Below are positions 1-10,155 of a stretch of DNA of 64,000 bases, piece by piece; the first letter of the stretch is position 1; each line of letters starts with the position of its first letter. The translations under genes were made by a program, and so were the position numbers. The stretch lies in IMG/VR virus record IMGVR_UViG_3300013104_000001, positions 223,407 through 287,406 of that record; one strand, given 5' to 3'. The notes beneath the pieces are model-generated. The model was given only the letters and a program-made list of their open reading frames with translations. It did no database searches and was not told the DNA's origin.

Positions 1-953
1 ACAAGCTGCGTAACTTTGTAACTGCAAACTGCAGCAAGAAACCTGTACCGTTATCAGCGACACTTGAAGGGATGTCTGAAGAGTCATTCCCGAACTGGAT
101 GCTGGCATCGGTTATTGCACGTAAACTCTGTATCAACCATGTACGTCGTGGTGATGAGAACGGGCATCTGGTTGCTGCGGTATTCGCATACATCAACTAC
201 AACATCAAATTGGATGGGAAGTTTGGTGGCGGTGTCATGCCGAAGAAAGAGCGTCGTATGCTCGGGGAAGATGATCGTGAGAAAGCGGTGATCGATAACT
301 GGAAGATGAAAGAAGATGTGGATAAGATTGACATCCTGGCTTGTGCAGTAGGCTATGATGATCCAATCGCTGCAGCTTTGATGATCGAACCAACCCTGGA
401 CACCAACATGTTACTGCAGTGCATGAGTGCGATCCCTAATGCATGGGATTTCAACATGACACCACATCAGAGCATGTTGATCCAGTGGGTAACCGGTGAA
501 GTCCTGCCGCACATCAATGATACTTATACGCCACCGTTGGCGACTGAGTATTACGATTACGATGTGTGTGTGAAACTGGTTGCTATCACACAGGCGATTC
601 TCTGGCATCGTGGTTTCCCGTCTCTGGCTGTATTTGCAGCAACATATCCATCTCAGGTTGAAGAGTCTGGTATGCCAAATGCAATCATTCAGCTTGAACT
701 TAAGATCATGCAAGAGCTCGAAGGTTATTATCAACATATCCGTCTGGGCAAACGCCAAGATAGTTCAGATGGATTAGTGCACAAGACCATCAACGAGTTT
801 GTTAAGTCTCTGCTCGAAGATGACTATCAGGTAGTAGGCCCGGATGATCTCCTGGCTGCGTCGAATGTAGTAGATGCCGAGTATCGAATCGTCATCCCTG
901 AAAGTCTATATTACGATGTTGCTAGCTATATCCGTTATGTCGCTACCCGTTAA
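1..953 (+). CDS. Conserved jumbo-phage protein (phiKZ gp67 position), 5'-truncated by the window edge
   Basis: The frame is open from position 3 through the ATG at 72 to TAA at 953. It lies directly upstream of the nvRNAP gene block. The gp number is from synteny only. Confidence 0.6.
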   Translation, partial: KLRNFVTANCSKKPVPLSATLEGMSEESFPNWMLASVIARKLCINHVRRGDENGHLVAAVFAYINYNIKLDGKFGGGVMPKKERRMLGEDDREKAVIDNWKMKEDVDKIDILACAVGYDDPIAAALMIEPTLDTNMLLQCMSAIPNAWDFNMTPHQSMLIQWVTGEVLPHINDTYTPPLATEYYDYDVCVKLVAITQAILWHRGFPSLAVFAATYPSQVEESGMPNAIIQLELKIMQELEGYYQHIRLGKRQDSSDGLVHKTINEFVKSLLEDDYQVVGPDDLLAASNVVDAEYRIVIPESLYYDVASYIRYVATR

Positions 954-980
954 TTAATTTACACCGTTAGGAGTTGCACG

Positions 981-2495
981 ATGTTACCAAATTATACCAC
1001 TAACAATACAGGTTTCAGTGGGGTCGTAGAGAAAGCAGTTATCTGCCGTACCCCAGGTTATCAGACGATGCAGCGTCGTCCTTATTCCATGAACCTCAGT
1101 GGTAACACATCCCAAGTCATCGGGAACATGAGCGGAGGCGTGGATTATTCTAAAGAGCGTCTGGCACCAATTGCATCTTCTATTATCATGCCGCAGACTG
1201 CAGCCGAATCAGATGCATTGATTCCGAATGCCTGGGGTAATGAACGTTGTATGTTTATCCTGAAGATCGTGCATCAGGTTGATGCTGCTGGTAAGACGGT
1301 TCAGTATCTCAGTGGCTATACTGATCGCATGGGTATGCACCCGGCTATCAATGACATTCATCTTGACGATGACATGCAATTGTATTTCAACATGAGCATG
1401 GTCTATAAAGAAACCACCACGATCAACGGCTATGGCATGCCGCAGGTTTCTATCATCCCGATGATGGCAAGTCAGTTGGTCATGGGTCAGCAGGGTGGTG
1501 TGTATGGTCAGAACGATCGTACTATGCGTCCTGAGGATATCTATTCATCTATTAACTCTGGTCTGCTTACCGCGCAGAACAATCAGTGGAACAATGGCAA
1601 CGGTCAGGCAACGAACCAACAACGACTGTATGATGGTCGTGTACAGTTCCAGCCAAACCAACCGTATAAAGTCTCGGCCATGCAGAACCTGATTCCATCT
1701 AACTATCTGTCGCGTGTACTTGAAAGTGCTGCAACAGAAGCGATGGTGTATCAGGATGTCGGCAGTCGTCCAAACCCAACCGATACCTCCAACAGCATTG
1801 CAGCTTCTCTGAATGACGGTTATCTTAACAATGACCTGACGTTAGAAATGATCATGCATCGTACTGGTCTGAAAGAGAACTGCTGGATCTCCTGGCGTGA
1901 CCTGCGTACGCTGATGCCGAATATCATGTCTCCTGGTATTCTGCATAAAGCGGGCATGGAAGGTATTCAGACAGGTACCGTTGAAGGTGCTGTTGGCGGT
2001 GCGGGTTCAGAGTACATGAATGGTGCTAACTACGAAACAGTTATCGCTAACATGCTGAACAACGTTTGTAACGCACTGATGATGGACATGCTCATGGGTG
2101 AAGTCATGATCAGTGGCGACAACATGACCGGAACCAGTCACACGATGGGAATGGTCAGTGGTCAGTTTAATCTGAACATTCTGAATGCGACTTCGTTCGT
2201 TGATGGTCGTGATGTTCGTATCATGGGTGAGTCGTTTAAACAACGACTGGTTCGTGAATTCCTGTCAGGCTTTACTGGTCACAACCATGTGCCACTTGGC
2301 TTTAGCGTCAAAGCAAGCCTGATGGGCGAGAACGTCATCGATATCTCGTACAACGGTCAGCCTCGCACCCGTTTTGTATTCCCGTGCTTTGCAGCCTCGG
2401 CGTATACACCAATTCTGACTGGTAACCAAAACCAGTTATCTGAAATCGCAGTCCATACCCGCGCGCTGGTTGGTCAGTTAACAAACATCTTCTAA
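981..2495 (+). CDS. Non-virion RNA polymerase promoter-specificity subunit (phiKZ gp68-like)
   Basis: 504 aa with an AGGAG RBS. Size and position (three genes upstream of the beta C-terminal subunit) match gp68. No diagnostic motif was verified. Confidence 0.6.
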   Translation: MLPNYTTNNTGFSGVVEKAVICRTPGYQTMQRRPYSMNLSGNTSQVIGNMSGGVDYSKERLAPIASSIIMPQTAAESDALIPNAWGNERCMFILKIVHQVDAAGKTVQYLSGYTDRMGMHPAINDIHLDDDMQLYFNMSMVYKETTTINGYGMPQVSIIPMMASQLVMGQQGGVYGQNDRTMRPEDIYSSINSGLLTAQNNQWNNGNGQATNQQRLYDGRVQFQPNQPYKVSAMQNLIPSNYLSRVLESAATEAMVYQDVGSRPNPTDTSNSIAASLNDGYLNNDLTLEMIMHRTGLKENCWISWRDLRTLMPNIMSPGILHKAGMEGIQTGTVEGAVGGAGSEYMNGANYETVIANMLNNVCNALMMDMLMGEVMISGDNMTGTSHTMGMVSGQFNLNILNATSFVDGRDVRIMGESFKQRLVREFLSGFTGHNHVPLGFSVKASLMGENVIDISYNGQPRTRFVFPCFAASAYTPILTGNQNQLSEIAVHTRALVGQLTNIF

Positions 2496-2507
2496 GGGAA
2501 GAATATC

Positions 2508-3977
2508 ATGTCTGATGTACTCGATTATTACAATGGTTTCCTGGACTCCACTAACAACCCGCGTGATGAGCATGGCGTGGTGTTGTACGAAAGCAACACC
2601 GGTGATTTAAAGCCGGTGATGATTGACGGTAAGAAACTGATCGTTCCAACCAAGGAATTCCAAAAGAAACCTGACTGGACTCAGTTCGTGGCATTCCATC
2701 CGTTGTCTGAGTCAATCGCTCGTGGTGAATCTGAAGTACTGCAGAAGGCACGTACACTGATTGGCCTGCGTCTGTTCTACAAATACATCGAACTGTCTGA
2801 AGCGTTACTGATGCTGGCGGTAGATAGCAACGCACAGGCGAAGCTGACACCAAGCACCATGAAACTGCTGGAAGGCCTGGGTGATGCTGATGCGAAGACT
2901 GTTGAGAACTTCTCAAAGATCATTGCAAAAGCGAAAGTCAACTTTGATGGCGGTGAAAACCGCTGTCTCATCTCTCTGTTCTTAAAACGCGGCGGTACCA
3001 TGAACGGTACGAAGTTTGCCCGTTTGTGTGTAGCAAGCTTCCCGTATTACGAAGCGCTGCAGAAGATCGAAGATGAAGCGGCTGATAAGCGTCAGGTGTT
3101 TGGTGTGCCATTGCGTGCTAAAGACATCAAAGTGCTGAAACGCCTGCATGAAGTGATTCTGCCAAACAGCGATGACGGCGTGTATTCAATCGGTACCAAC
3201 TCACAGATCGCTCCTTACTGGGGTGCGCTGATGATGACGTATGTCAATCTGTTGAATCAGTTCAACAGCCTGGTGAAGCCGTTCTCTAAAGTGATCAAAT
3301 CACTGAAGACCGTCAACACTGACTGGGATGTGGGTGACGAACTGCAGAAGTTCCGTAACCAGATTCCACCGATGCCGTATAACGAAGGTGCGGATGCAAC
3401 AACTCCACCACCTGAAGCGCAGCAGCAGCCGGCAGTACAGCAGCAGGTTCCTCAGGCACAACCGCAACAGCTAACGCAGCAACCAGTTGCTGTTCAACAA
3501 CCGCAGGCACAGCCACAGTACGCACCGCAGTATACGCCAGCGGCAGCGGTACATCCGACACCTGCTCCGGTAAACCACACTAAGACCAGCAATTCAAATG
3601 GTATTAGCTTTGGTGATGCGCTGAGTAAGTCGCCGGTAGCTATGGCGGTACCGCAGATGTATCCACAGATGCAACAAATGCCGCAGATGGCACAGATGTA
3701 TCCACAGATGCAAATGCCACTGCAGATGGCAATGCCGCCAGTAGCAGGCCAACAGATGTATCCGCAAATGATGCTTCCACAAGGTCACATGCCGATGCCT
3801 CCTGTCGGTGGTCAGCCACAGCAGCCGATGTATCAGCAACCACAAATGCCAATGTACCAACAGCCGCAGATGCAAATGTATCCGCAGCAGATGCCAGGGA
3901 TGCAGCAGATGTATCCTCAGCAGCAAATGATGCAACAGCCAATGATGCAACCTGGGATGTTCCAGTTCCAGCGTTAA
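2508..3977 (+). CDS. picA: Probable phage-nucleus protein import factor (PicA/Imp1, phiKZ gp69 position) with a Q/M/P-rich C-terminal tail
   Basis: 489 aa. It sits between the gp68-like and gp70-like genes. A globular N-terminal ~295 aa is followed by a low-complexity tail. Confidence 0.55.
   Translation: MSDVLDYYNGFLDSTNNPRDEHGVVLYESNTGDLKPVMIDGKKLIVPTKEFQKKPDWTQFVAFHPLSESIARGESEVLQKARTLIGLRLFYKYIELSEALLMLAVDSNAQAKLTPSTMKLLEGLGDADAKTVENFSKIIAKAKVNFDGGENRCLISLFLKRGGTMNGTKFARLCVASFPYYEALQKIEDEAADKRQVFGVPLRAKDIKVLKRLHEVILPNSDDGVYSIGTNSQIAPYWGALMMTYVNLLNQFNSLVKPFSKVIKSLKTVNTDWDVGDELQKFRNQIPPMPYNEGADATTPPPEAQQQPAVQQQVPQAQPQQLTQQPVAVQQPQAQPQYAPQYTPAAAVHPTPAPVNHTKTSNSNGISFGDALSKSPVAMAVPQMYPQMQQMPQMAQMYPQMQMPLQMAMPPVAGQQMYPQMMLPQGHMPMPPVGGQPQQPMYQQPQMPMYQQPQMQMYPQQMPGMQQMYPQQQMMQQPMMQPGMFQFQR
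3657..3974 (+). repeat. Coding low-complexity repeat: five MYPQ and two MYQQ units in a Q/M/P-rich tail
   Basis: Read directly from the translation. CAGATGTATCC recurs in the DNA. Confidence 0.9.
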
Positions 3978-3988
3978 TCTAAACTGAT

Positions 3989-4028
3989 CGGCATAACGGG
4001 AGGGACTTCGGTCCCTCCCATTTATCGA
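3989..4028. terminator. Bidirectional hairpin terminator with CGGCATA on its left flank
   Basis: GGGAGGGAC-TTCG-GTCCCTCCC lies between convergent genes. Confidence 0.85.
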
Positions 4029-4032
4029 TGCA

Positions 4033-4368
4033 TCATTTTTTATTTAAGTTGTAAAGATCACGAATACTCGAGAGCATGCTATCGTTTTCATCGATGAGTT
4101 TGATTTTATCAACTATCATATCCCACTTAAAGGGATTTACGATACCATTCAATCGCATAATTAACCAATGCATGTGATACGCAACCCTTGCGTTCAATAA
4201 CACCATGCGAAAGTCACCGCGTTCTTCATACTGCGCAAGAGCAGTAGGCGGAGTATAATCAGTTGCCCGTGCTCTTAATAAATCAAGATGGTGAATTAAC
4301 ACCTTACGAAAGCCAGGGTCTTGATAGATGGCAATTGTAGGATGCACGATCTCGTTGGATACTTGCAT
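4033..4368 (-). CDS. Small conserved protein (gp70 position), possibly LysM/T4 gp53-like baseplate wedge fold
   Basis: 111 aa. The segment HWLIMRLNGIVNPF resembles the W-I-N-I-P signature of gp53/tail-X LysM proteins. Confidence 0.45.
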   Translation of the reverse strand: MQVSNEIVHPTIAIYQDPGFRKVLIHHLDLLRARATDYTPPTALAQYEERGDFRMVLLNARVAYHMHWLIMRLNGIVNPFKWDMIVDKIKLIDENDSMLSSIRDLYNLNKK

Positions 4369-4387
4369 GGAAATATACCTATACTTG

Positions 4388-4403
4388 TTTAAGCCTATAT
4401 TAT
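4388..4403 (+). promoter_or_regulatory. Putative early (virion RNAP) promoter, TTTAAGCCTATATTAT
   Basis: The same motif recurs at 15735, 23474 and 63391, each upstream of a + strand gene start. It resembles the phiKZ early TATATTAC-type consensus. Confidence 0.65.
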
Positions 4404-4436
4404 CATTGTGCAGTTAGGTTGATAAAAGGAACAGCA

Positions 4437-6536
4437 ATGAATCACATTACCGAAGCAAGTGAATTATCTCCCGATATCTTAGGCGGTATTCTTTGTTTGA
4501 ACCCTACCTTACATGGTGATAGCAGCCCACGATCTGCTATGTTTGGTGGTCACGCAGGACAAGCGGTTACCATTGAAGGTAGTACACCGCGAATGTTGAA
4601 GACCGGCATGGAGTACGTGTATGGTCGTCCAACATTTAAGATTGAAGCTCCGTGTCAGATGTTGGTCATTGGGGTTATCAATCGCTTTGCGACTAATCAC
4701 GTAGGTGCAGGCGGTATTCGTGAGAACCCCGAACGTTATGTGATCTATCAGAACGTAGAGCGCAGTAATGTCCCGACCTTTGGCATTATGTGTATTCCAA
4801 CTTACCATACGCGTAATCACGCATTAGGTTTTAAGTACAAGCCTCATGCGCGTAATATCCAGCGTCTGTATAATGAGAAAGAGTATTTCCAGAAAGGCGA
4901 TATCTTTGCAATCTCACCAAACTTAACGGAAGGTGGTGATTATAAGTACGGTCGTGAAACGAACGTTGCTTTCATGTCACTACCAGAGGTCGAGCAGGAC
5001 GGCATGGTGGTCACCGAATCGTTTGCCAAGGCGATGGCGTGTACCAAGATTGAAAACCGCATTGTACAATGGGGTGATGATTATGTGTTGTTGAACCTTT
5101 ATGGTGATGACACCACGTATAAAGCATATCCAGATATCGGTGAAAAGATTCGTGATGATGGCATGCTGTATGCCATGCGTCGAATCATACCGGGCACGGG
5201 TATTGTGAACATGACGCCAAAAGCATTGCGTATCTTCGATCCAGAGTTTGACAAACCTGTTTATGCAGAAGCAGGCGCTACCGTTATTAACGTAGCAGTG
5301 AACTCTGACCGTATGCGTACAGGTCGTGCTGAAGTTCAGTTCTATGATAAACAGACTGAACGCTATGAACGTGCTGCTCGTGAGTTCTCCAAACAACTGC
5401 GTAACCTGTATGACAATCTGTATCGTCAGTATGGTGCGGGTATGGTGCTGGAACCAGAACTCAACCGAATGATCACTGATGCGATCTCTGACACAGGTGG
5501 TATGGATCGTAAGATCAATAACCAAGGTCAGATCATGTCTGTCGATAAAGGTACCCAGGTTTATAACAAGGTACCGATTGGCGACTGGCGTGTGAAGATC
5601 ACCTTTGTTAAGCGTATCGAAGCCGGTGTACGTTTCAAGATCACTGATACCCATGGCGGTAAAGGTGTTATTGTAAATGTGATCAAGGATGAAGATGCAC
5701 CAACGGATGACTTCGGTAACCGTGCTGATGTAATCATGGATGATGTGTCGATCACCAAACGTATGAACTTAGGCAAACCAGTTGAGCAGTATATCAACGG
5801 GGCATCTGTCTATGCGACTAAGGTTGCGCGTGAGCTGGTTGCGAAGGGTGACACAGATGGTGCATGGAATCACCTGATGAGTTATTACGAAGCCGCAGCT
5901 TTTGAACAGTACGAGCTGATGCAGAATGGCATGTATAATGACAAGCCTACTCGTGACATGCATGTTGCTCATGTCTGTGCGAATGGCGTGCAGTTGTTTG
6001 CACCAACCAATCGTCGCTTCTATGGTGCTGAGCAATGTCGTCGTATCATGAAGAAGCATGACTTCCCGATCAGTCCAGTGCGGTATCGTGCACCTAATGG
6101 TGAAATGGTTCGTACGCGTGACCCGGTGATGATTGCACCAATCTACATCATCCTGCTGGAGAAGATGGGCGAGTATTGGGCGTCGTGTGCAATTCCAAAG
6201 CTCACGCACTTTGGTACACTCTCATCTCTGACGCAAGCAGACAAATACGCACTGCCATGGCGTAATACACCGACTCGTTTCGGTGAGTCTGAATTGCGAC
6301 TGTTCCTGGCGGCCTGTCGTGGTGTTTATGCTAACCGTCTACAGAGCATGGCGAACACGCCTGCAATGCAACGTGAAGCAGCATTGATGATGTTACGTCA
6401 TCAGACACCAATGAACATGGATAACGTGATTGACGAACGTAAAACACCATTGGGTCGTGCACGTCCGCTACAAATGTATAAGCACAACCAAAGCTGTCGT
6501 GGTATCGAGTTTGAAACCACTACACTTGCGAGCTAA
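4437..6536 (+). CDS. rpoB: Non-virion RNA polymerase beta-like subunit, C-terminal part (phiKZ gp71-73-like), uninterrupted
   Basis: Motifs include KITDTHGGKGVI (beta GDK..RHGxKG), KRMNLG and TRFGESE (QRFGEME). The ATG at 4437 follows an AAGGA RBS. Confidence 0.9.
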   Translation: MNHITEASELSPDILGGILCLNPTLHGDSSPRSAMFGGHAGQAVTIEGSTPRMLKTGMEYVYGRPTFKIEAPCQMLVIGVINRFATNHVGAGGIRENPERYVIYQNVERSNVPTFGIMCIPTYHTRNHALGFKYKPHARNIQRLYNEKEYFQKGDIFAISPNLTEGGDYKYGRETNVAFMSLPEVEQDGMVVTESFAKAMACTKIENRIVQWGDDYVLLNLYGDDTTYKAYPDIGEKIRDDGMLYAMRRIIPGTGIVNMTPKALRIFDPEFDKPVYAEAGATVINVAVNSDRMRTGRAEVQFYDKQTERYERAAREFSKQLRNLYDNLYRQYGAGMVLEPELNRMITDAISDTGGMDRKINNQGQIMSVDKGTQVYNKVPIGDWRVKITFVKRIEAGVRFKITDTHGGKGVIVNVIKDEDAPTDDFGNRADVIMDDVSITKRMNLGKPVEQYINGASVYATKVARELVAKGDTDGAWNHLMSYYEAAAFEQYELMQNGMYNDKPTRDMHVAHVCANGVQLFAPTNRRFYGAEQCRRIMKKHDFPISPVRYRAPNGEMVRTRDPVMIAPIYIILLEKMGEYWASCAIPKLTHFGTLSSLTQADKYALPWRNTPTRFGESELRLFLAACRGVYANRLQSMANTPAMQREAALMMLRHQTPMNMDNVIDERKTPLGRARPLQMYKHNQSCRGIEFETTTLAS

Positions 6537-6546
6537 GGGGAATTAA

Positions 6547-8514
6547 ATGCAACAATATCATTGGCGCGAACTGATAGCCATGTCTGAAGAACAGATCTGG
6601 CAATTAGATCCTGCAATTAATAACCCAACCGTTCAGGTAACCGCCGAAGACATGGTTATCAAGATCCCCGTTCGACAAGTTATTGCCAGTTGGTATTGCT
6701 GGCCATTCCAGAAACTCTATAAGGACATGGTTCTGGAGAAACGTCACTTCATCACGGCGTTTCGTTTGTCGAACAAATCAATCCTGGGTGTAATGACCCA
6801 GGGTTATCGGGATTACGATAAGCTTATCAACGGTCAGCCGTTTGATGTGGTAGCAATGAACAGTCTGATCGCGAAGACAGTTAACCGCATCAATAATGCA
6901 TTCGTTGTAAAGATCCCGCAGTATGTCACGACGTCATCGATCAAGCAGTATATCCAGATCGTTGATGATCCTGACTTCAAAGCGATTCGTTCTGCCATGG
7001 AACCTAATCAGAACTCCATTCGTGAAGGCTATGATCAGTCTTACTCGATGCTGATGGATCCAAATAAGTTTGTGGGTAACCAGGTCGCTGAGTATGTCAA
7101 GCAAGGTTCTGCCTCTGCTGGACAGGCACTGCAATGTCTGGTTGTCCGCGGCTATCTGACCGACCATAACTCCCGTATCTTCGTACGACCGGTTATGGGT
7201 AACTATGTGGAAGGTCTGGGCAAGTTCTACGAATCGTTTGTGGAATCACGTTCTGCAACCAAAGCATCGCTGTTTACCAAGAAACCGCTTGAGGACTCAG
7301 AGTGGTTTAACCGTAAGATGCAGTTGGTTGCACAAGCCATCCAGAAGATCCATCTGGGTCAGGATTGTGGATCTACTCAAACGGTACCAATTGTCATGCG
7401 TCGTGGTTGGGCTTCCGGCATGGCCGGTAAGTATTATCTCGACGAAGACGGTTCGTTTAAAATGATCAACGAAGATGACAAGCATCTGGAGAACCGCCTG
7501 TTACATGTGCGCTCTCCAATGTATTGTAATCATCCTGACCGTACCGGCGTCTGTGAGCGTTGTTATGGTAAGCTTGCGGTAAGTATCCCGTATTTCAACG
7601 TACTGGGTAAGATCGGGGATAATGAAGTTATTGCAGGTCATGTGTCAGCAACAGAAATCGGTGAGGATCTCTCGCAGAAGATGTTGTCAACTAAACACCT
7701 CGATACCTCCTCGACTGTTGATCCCTTTATTGTCCGCCGTTCAGATATGTTATACGTGAAGCCAGGTCAGCGCGAGAACGCCATTCGCCTGAACCCACGT
7801 TTACGTAATGAGAAAGTGGTGATGAAGGTAAGTTTCGACAAAACTACCGCATTATCTGATATCGCAGTTGCCGAGAACTTAGATGAGGTCGCAACGCGTG
7901 TTTCTGGGTTCAATGAAATCGTGCTGGAGTTTGAACGTGAAGATGGGGGTAAAGAAGCAATCCCTATTAACACAACGCAGGGTTCTCGTCAGGGTCAATT
8001 CACTGTCGAGTTCTTACGTTATCTGCAGCGCGTAAGCTGGACGAGTGCTGATAAAGATTATATCGCAATCAGACTGGATCAGTTTGACTATGAATGTGAC
8101 GTCGTGGAACTGCCGTTAGTGCATGAAGACATGATGGCCTATCAGAAGCAAATCGAATCCTACATTCGTTTTAGCAAGGAGTCAGCGAACTGGAAAAACA
8201 AGTTTGTTACGCCTGATGAAGTCGGTGTGGTACTGGATGAATTCTATTCCCTGTTGCGTCAGCGTTTAGGTGTGAACATTATTCATGCCGAGATGATGTT
8301 GTATGCAGTGATGACCATGAATCCAGGTCAAGGCGATTATCGTCTGCCACGGGCATATGAACCACGGCAGTTTAGTTCTTATCACGAATGTATCGAGTAT
8401 CGTTCTCTCTCTGTACAGCTCGTGTATCAGGAACAAGCAGCAGTGATGCTCAAGCCATCGACCTTCTTGAATGACAAGCGACAACCGCACCCGATGGATG
8501 AGATCTTCAAATAA
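6547..8514 (+). CDS. rpoC: Non-virion RNA polymerase beta'-like subunit, C-terminal part (phiKZ gp74-like)
   Basis: Bridge-helix-like ESRSATKASLFTKKPLEDSEWFNRK, Zn site DCGS...RSPMYC...VCERCYG, and trigger-loop-like IGEDLSQKMLSTKH. Confidence 0.9.
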   Translation: MQQYHWRELIAMSEEQIWQLDPAINNPTVQVTAEDMVIKIPVRQVIASWYCWPFQKLYKDMVLEKRHFITAFRLSNKSILGVMTQGYRDYDKLINGQPFDVVAMNSLIAKTVNRINNAFVVKIPQYVTTSSIKQYIQIVDDPDFKAIRSAMEPNQNSIREGYDQSYSMLMDPNKFVGNQVAEYVKQGSASAGQALQCLVVRGYLTDHNSRIFVRPVMGNYVEGLGKFYESFVESRSATKASLFTKKPLEDSEWFNRKMQLVAQAIQKIHLGQDCGSTQTVPIVMRRGWASGMAGKYYLDEDGSFKMINEDDKHLENRLLHVRSPMYCNHPDRTGVCERCYGKLAVSIPYFNVLGKIGDNEVIAGHVSATEIGEDLSQKMLSTKHLDTSSTVDPFIVRRSDMLYVKPGQRENAIRLNPRLRNEKVVMKVSFDKTTALSDIAVAENLDEVATRVSGFNEIVLEFEREDGGKEAIPINTTQGSRQGQFTVEFLRYLQRVSWTSADKDYIAIRLDQFDYECDVVELPLVHEDMMAYQKQIESYIRFSKESANWKNKFVTPDEVGVVLDEFYSLLRQRLGVNIIHAEMMLYAVMTMNPGQGDYRLPRAYEPRQFSSYHECIEYRSLSVQLVYQEQAAVMLKPSTFLNDKRQPHPMDEIFK

Positions 8515-8527
8515 GTAAGAGGTAGCG

Positions 8528-10075
8528 ATGCGCAATACGGCGACCATCACTCTTAATAGTCACGGTTTTACAGTCAGTGATTATAATAGTGAGTTCTATG
8601 AAAAGTTGAAAATGTATTGCGCTCGTTTCACCAAATACAAAATGGTTCCTACGATGATTCATGGTCGAAAGATTATGAAGAAGGAACCAGATGTTCAATT
8701 TGGGAGCGCTTTCAAGAATCGACGTGAAGTTCGTCTTCACATGAACTGCTATCAAGAGTTCAGACGTTTCATGGAACAATGGGGTTATAACACTTCACGC
8801 TTCAAAGAAGTCAAAGCCGATATCCCGATTGGCAAGGACGCCAGCTTTGAATTTAAAATGGAAGGGATTGGTCCACGTGATCATCAGGTAGAATGGTTGC
8901 AATACCAGCTTGAGCGAAACCAGGGTGATATCACAACGAAGATCAATACCTTGCAAACAGGTAAAGGGAAATCGTTCTGTGGTATTTACAACATGGTTAA
9001 GCTTGGCAAGTTAACGGTGATTGTATTAATGCCGAAATACATCAATGGTTGGCTGATTGCACTAAACGACTTTGTGAAACTGTCTGAGACAGATATCATG
9101 GTTGTGCAGGGCTCGGGCGAACTTAATGGGTGTATGAAGCTTGCGAGTGAAGGTAAACTTAAATCTCGCATTATTATCGTGTCGCTTCCAACGTTCCAGT
9201 ACTTTATGAAAGAGTACGAAACGCAGGATGGTGTAATGACACATTACGACTATACGCCTGATGACTTCTGGAAATTAGTACAGCCTGGATTTATGATTGT
9301 CGATGAAGGACATGAATCAATCCACGCTCTGTTTAAATTCGATCTGTATACCAACGTCCGTAATAAACTGGTATTGTCAGCAACACTTGAGGCCGACGAT
9401 GCCTTTATTAATGACATGTACTTTGTCATCTACCCGAACAAAATACGGTTCAAGGGTGGTGCGTATGATAAGTACATTGAAGCAGTTGCACTCATGTATG
9501 GTCTTGTCAATGGCAAGAAAGTAAAATGCAAGGGCTTTGGTGGTTCGTATAACCATGTGAAGTTTGAGCAGTCCATCATGAAAGACAAACAATTGCTGGC
9601 CTCTTACTTAGGGCTGATTGAGCGAACGTTCAATTACTTCTTTAAGAGTAAGATGGAACCAAACCAGCGATGTTTGATTTATTGTGCAACGGTTGAAATG
9701 TGTCTTTACGTAGCGGATTACCTGGACAGGAAAAACCCTGACCTGATCGTTCGCAAGTACACACAGGAAGACCCCAAATCTACCCTGTATGAATCTGATG
9801 TCAGTGTATCTACATTGAAGTCAGCGGGCACTGGTGTAGACATCCCTGGTCTGAGAACCTGTATCATGACGATTGCCATTGGTTCTCGTCAGGCAAGTGA
9901 TCAGGCATTGGGTCGTCTGCGCAGATTGAAAGATTATCCAGATACTACCCCAACCTTTGTGTACTTCTGTTGCACTGGTATTGAACAACATGTTTCTTAT
10001 CATCGTAAGAAGCTGGAGCTCTTCCCAGTTAAGACATTAAGTCTCAAAGAGATGAACAGCAACTTCTCGTTGTAA
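8528..10075 (+). CDS. Superfamily 2 DExH helicase (phiKZ gp75-like)
   Basis: Walker A LQTGKGKS, Walker B IVDEGH, motif III SAT, motif V TGVDIP and motif VI QALGRLRR. Confidence 0.9.
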   Translation: MRNTATITLNSHGFTVSDYNSEFYEKLKMYCARFTKYKMVPTMIHGRKIMKKEPDVQFGSAFKNRREVRLHMNCYQEFRRFMEQWGYNTSRFKEVKADIPIGKDASFEFKMEGIGPRDHQVEWLQYQLERNQGDITTKINTLQTGKGKSFCGIYNMVKLGKLTVIVLMPKYINGWLIALNDFVKLSETDIMVVQGSGELNGCMKLASEGKLKSRIIIVSLPTFQYFMKEYETQDGVMTHYDYTPDDFWKLVQPGFMIVDEGHESIHALFKFDLYTNVRNKLVLSATLEADDAFINDMYFVIYPNKIRFKGGAYDKYIEAVALMYGLVNGKKVKCKGFGGSYNHVKFEQSIMKDKQLLASYLGLIERTFNYFFKSKMEPNQRCLIYCATVEMCLYVADYLDRKNPDLIVRKYTQEDPKSTLYESDVSVSTLKSAGTGVDIPGLRTCIMTIAIGSRQASDQALGRLRRLKDYPDTTPTFVYFCCTGIEQHVSYHRKKLELFPVKTLSLKEMNSNFSL

Positions 10076-10084
10076 TCTCGTAAG

Positions 10085-10125
10085 AGGCCGGAGGGTGATA
10101 CCTCTGGCCTTTTATGCGGTTTTTT
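10085..10125 (+). terminator. Hairpin terminator followed by TTTATGCGG and a T-run
   Basis: AGGCCGGAGG-GTGATA-CCTCTGGCCT just after the helicase stop codon. Confidence 0.8.
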
Positions 10126-10155
10126 CCTTTTCTTTTTGTTAAGGATTCACAGCTT

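Noticed and set aside
3594-3950. His/Leu-rich 118-aa and Ala-rich 100-aa minus-strand ORFs
   Set aside because: They are reverse-frame translations of the MYPQ/Q-rich repeat.
4437-6536. Possible intron or homing endonuclease in the RNAP beta gene, as in phiKZ gp71-73
   Set aside because: The ORF is continuous with all motifs in one frame. I saw no insertion and no intein signature.
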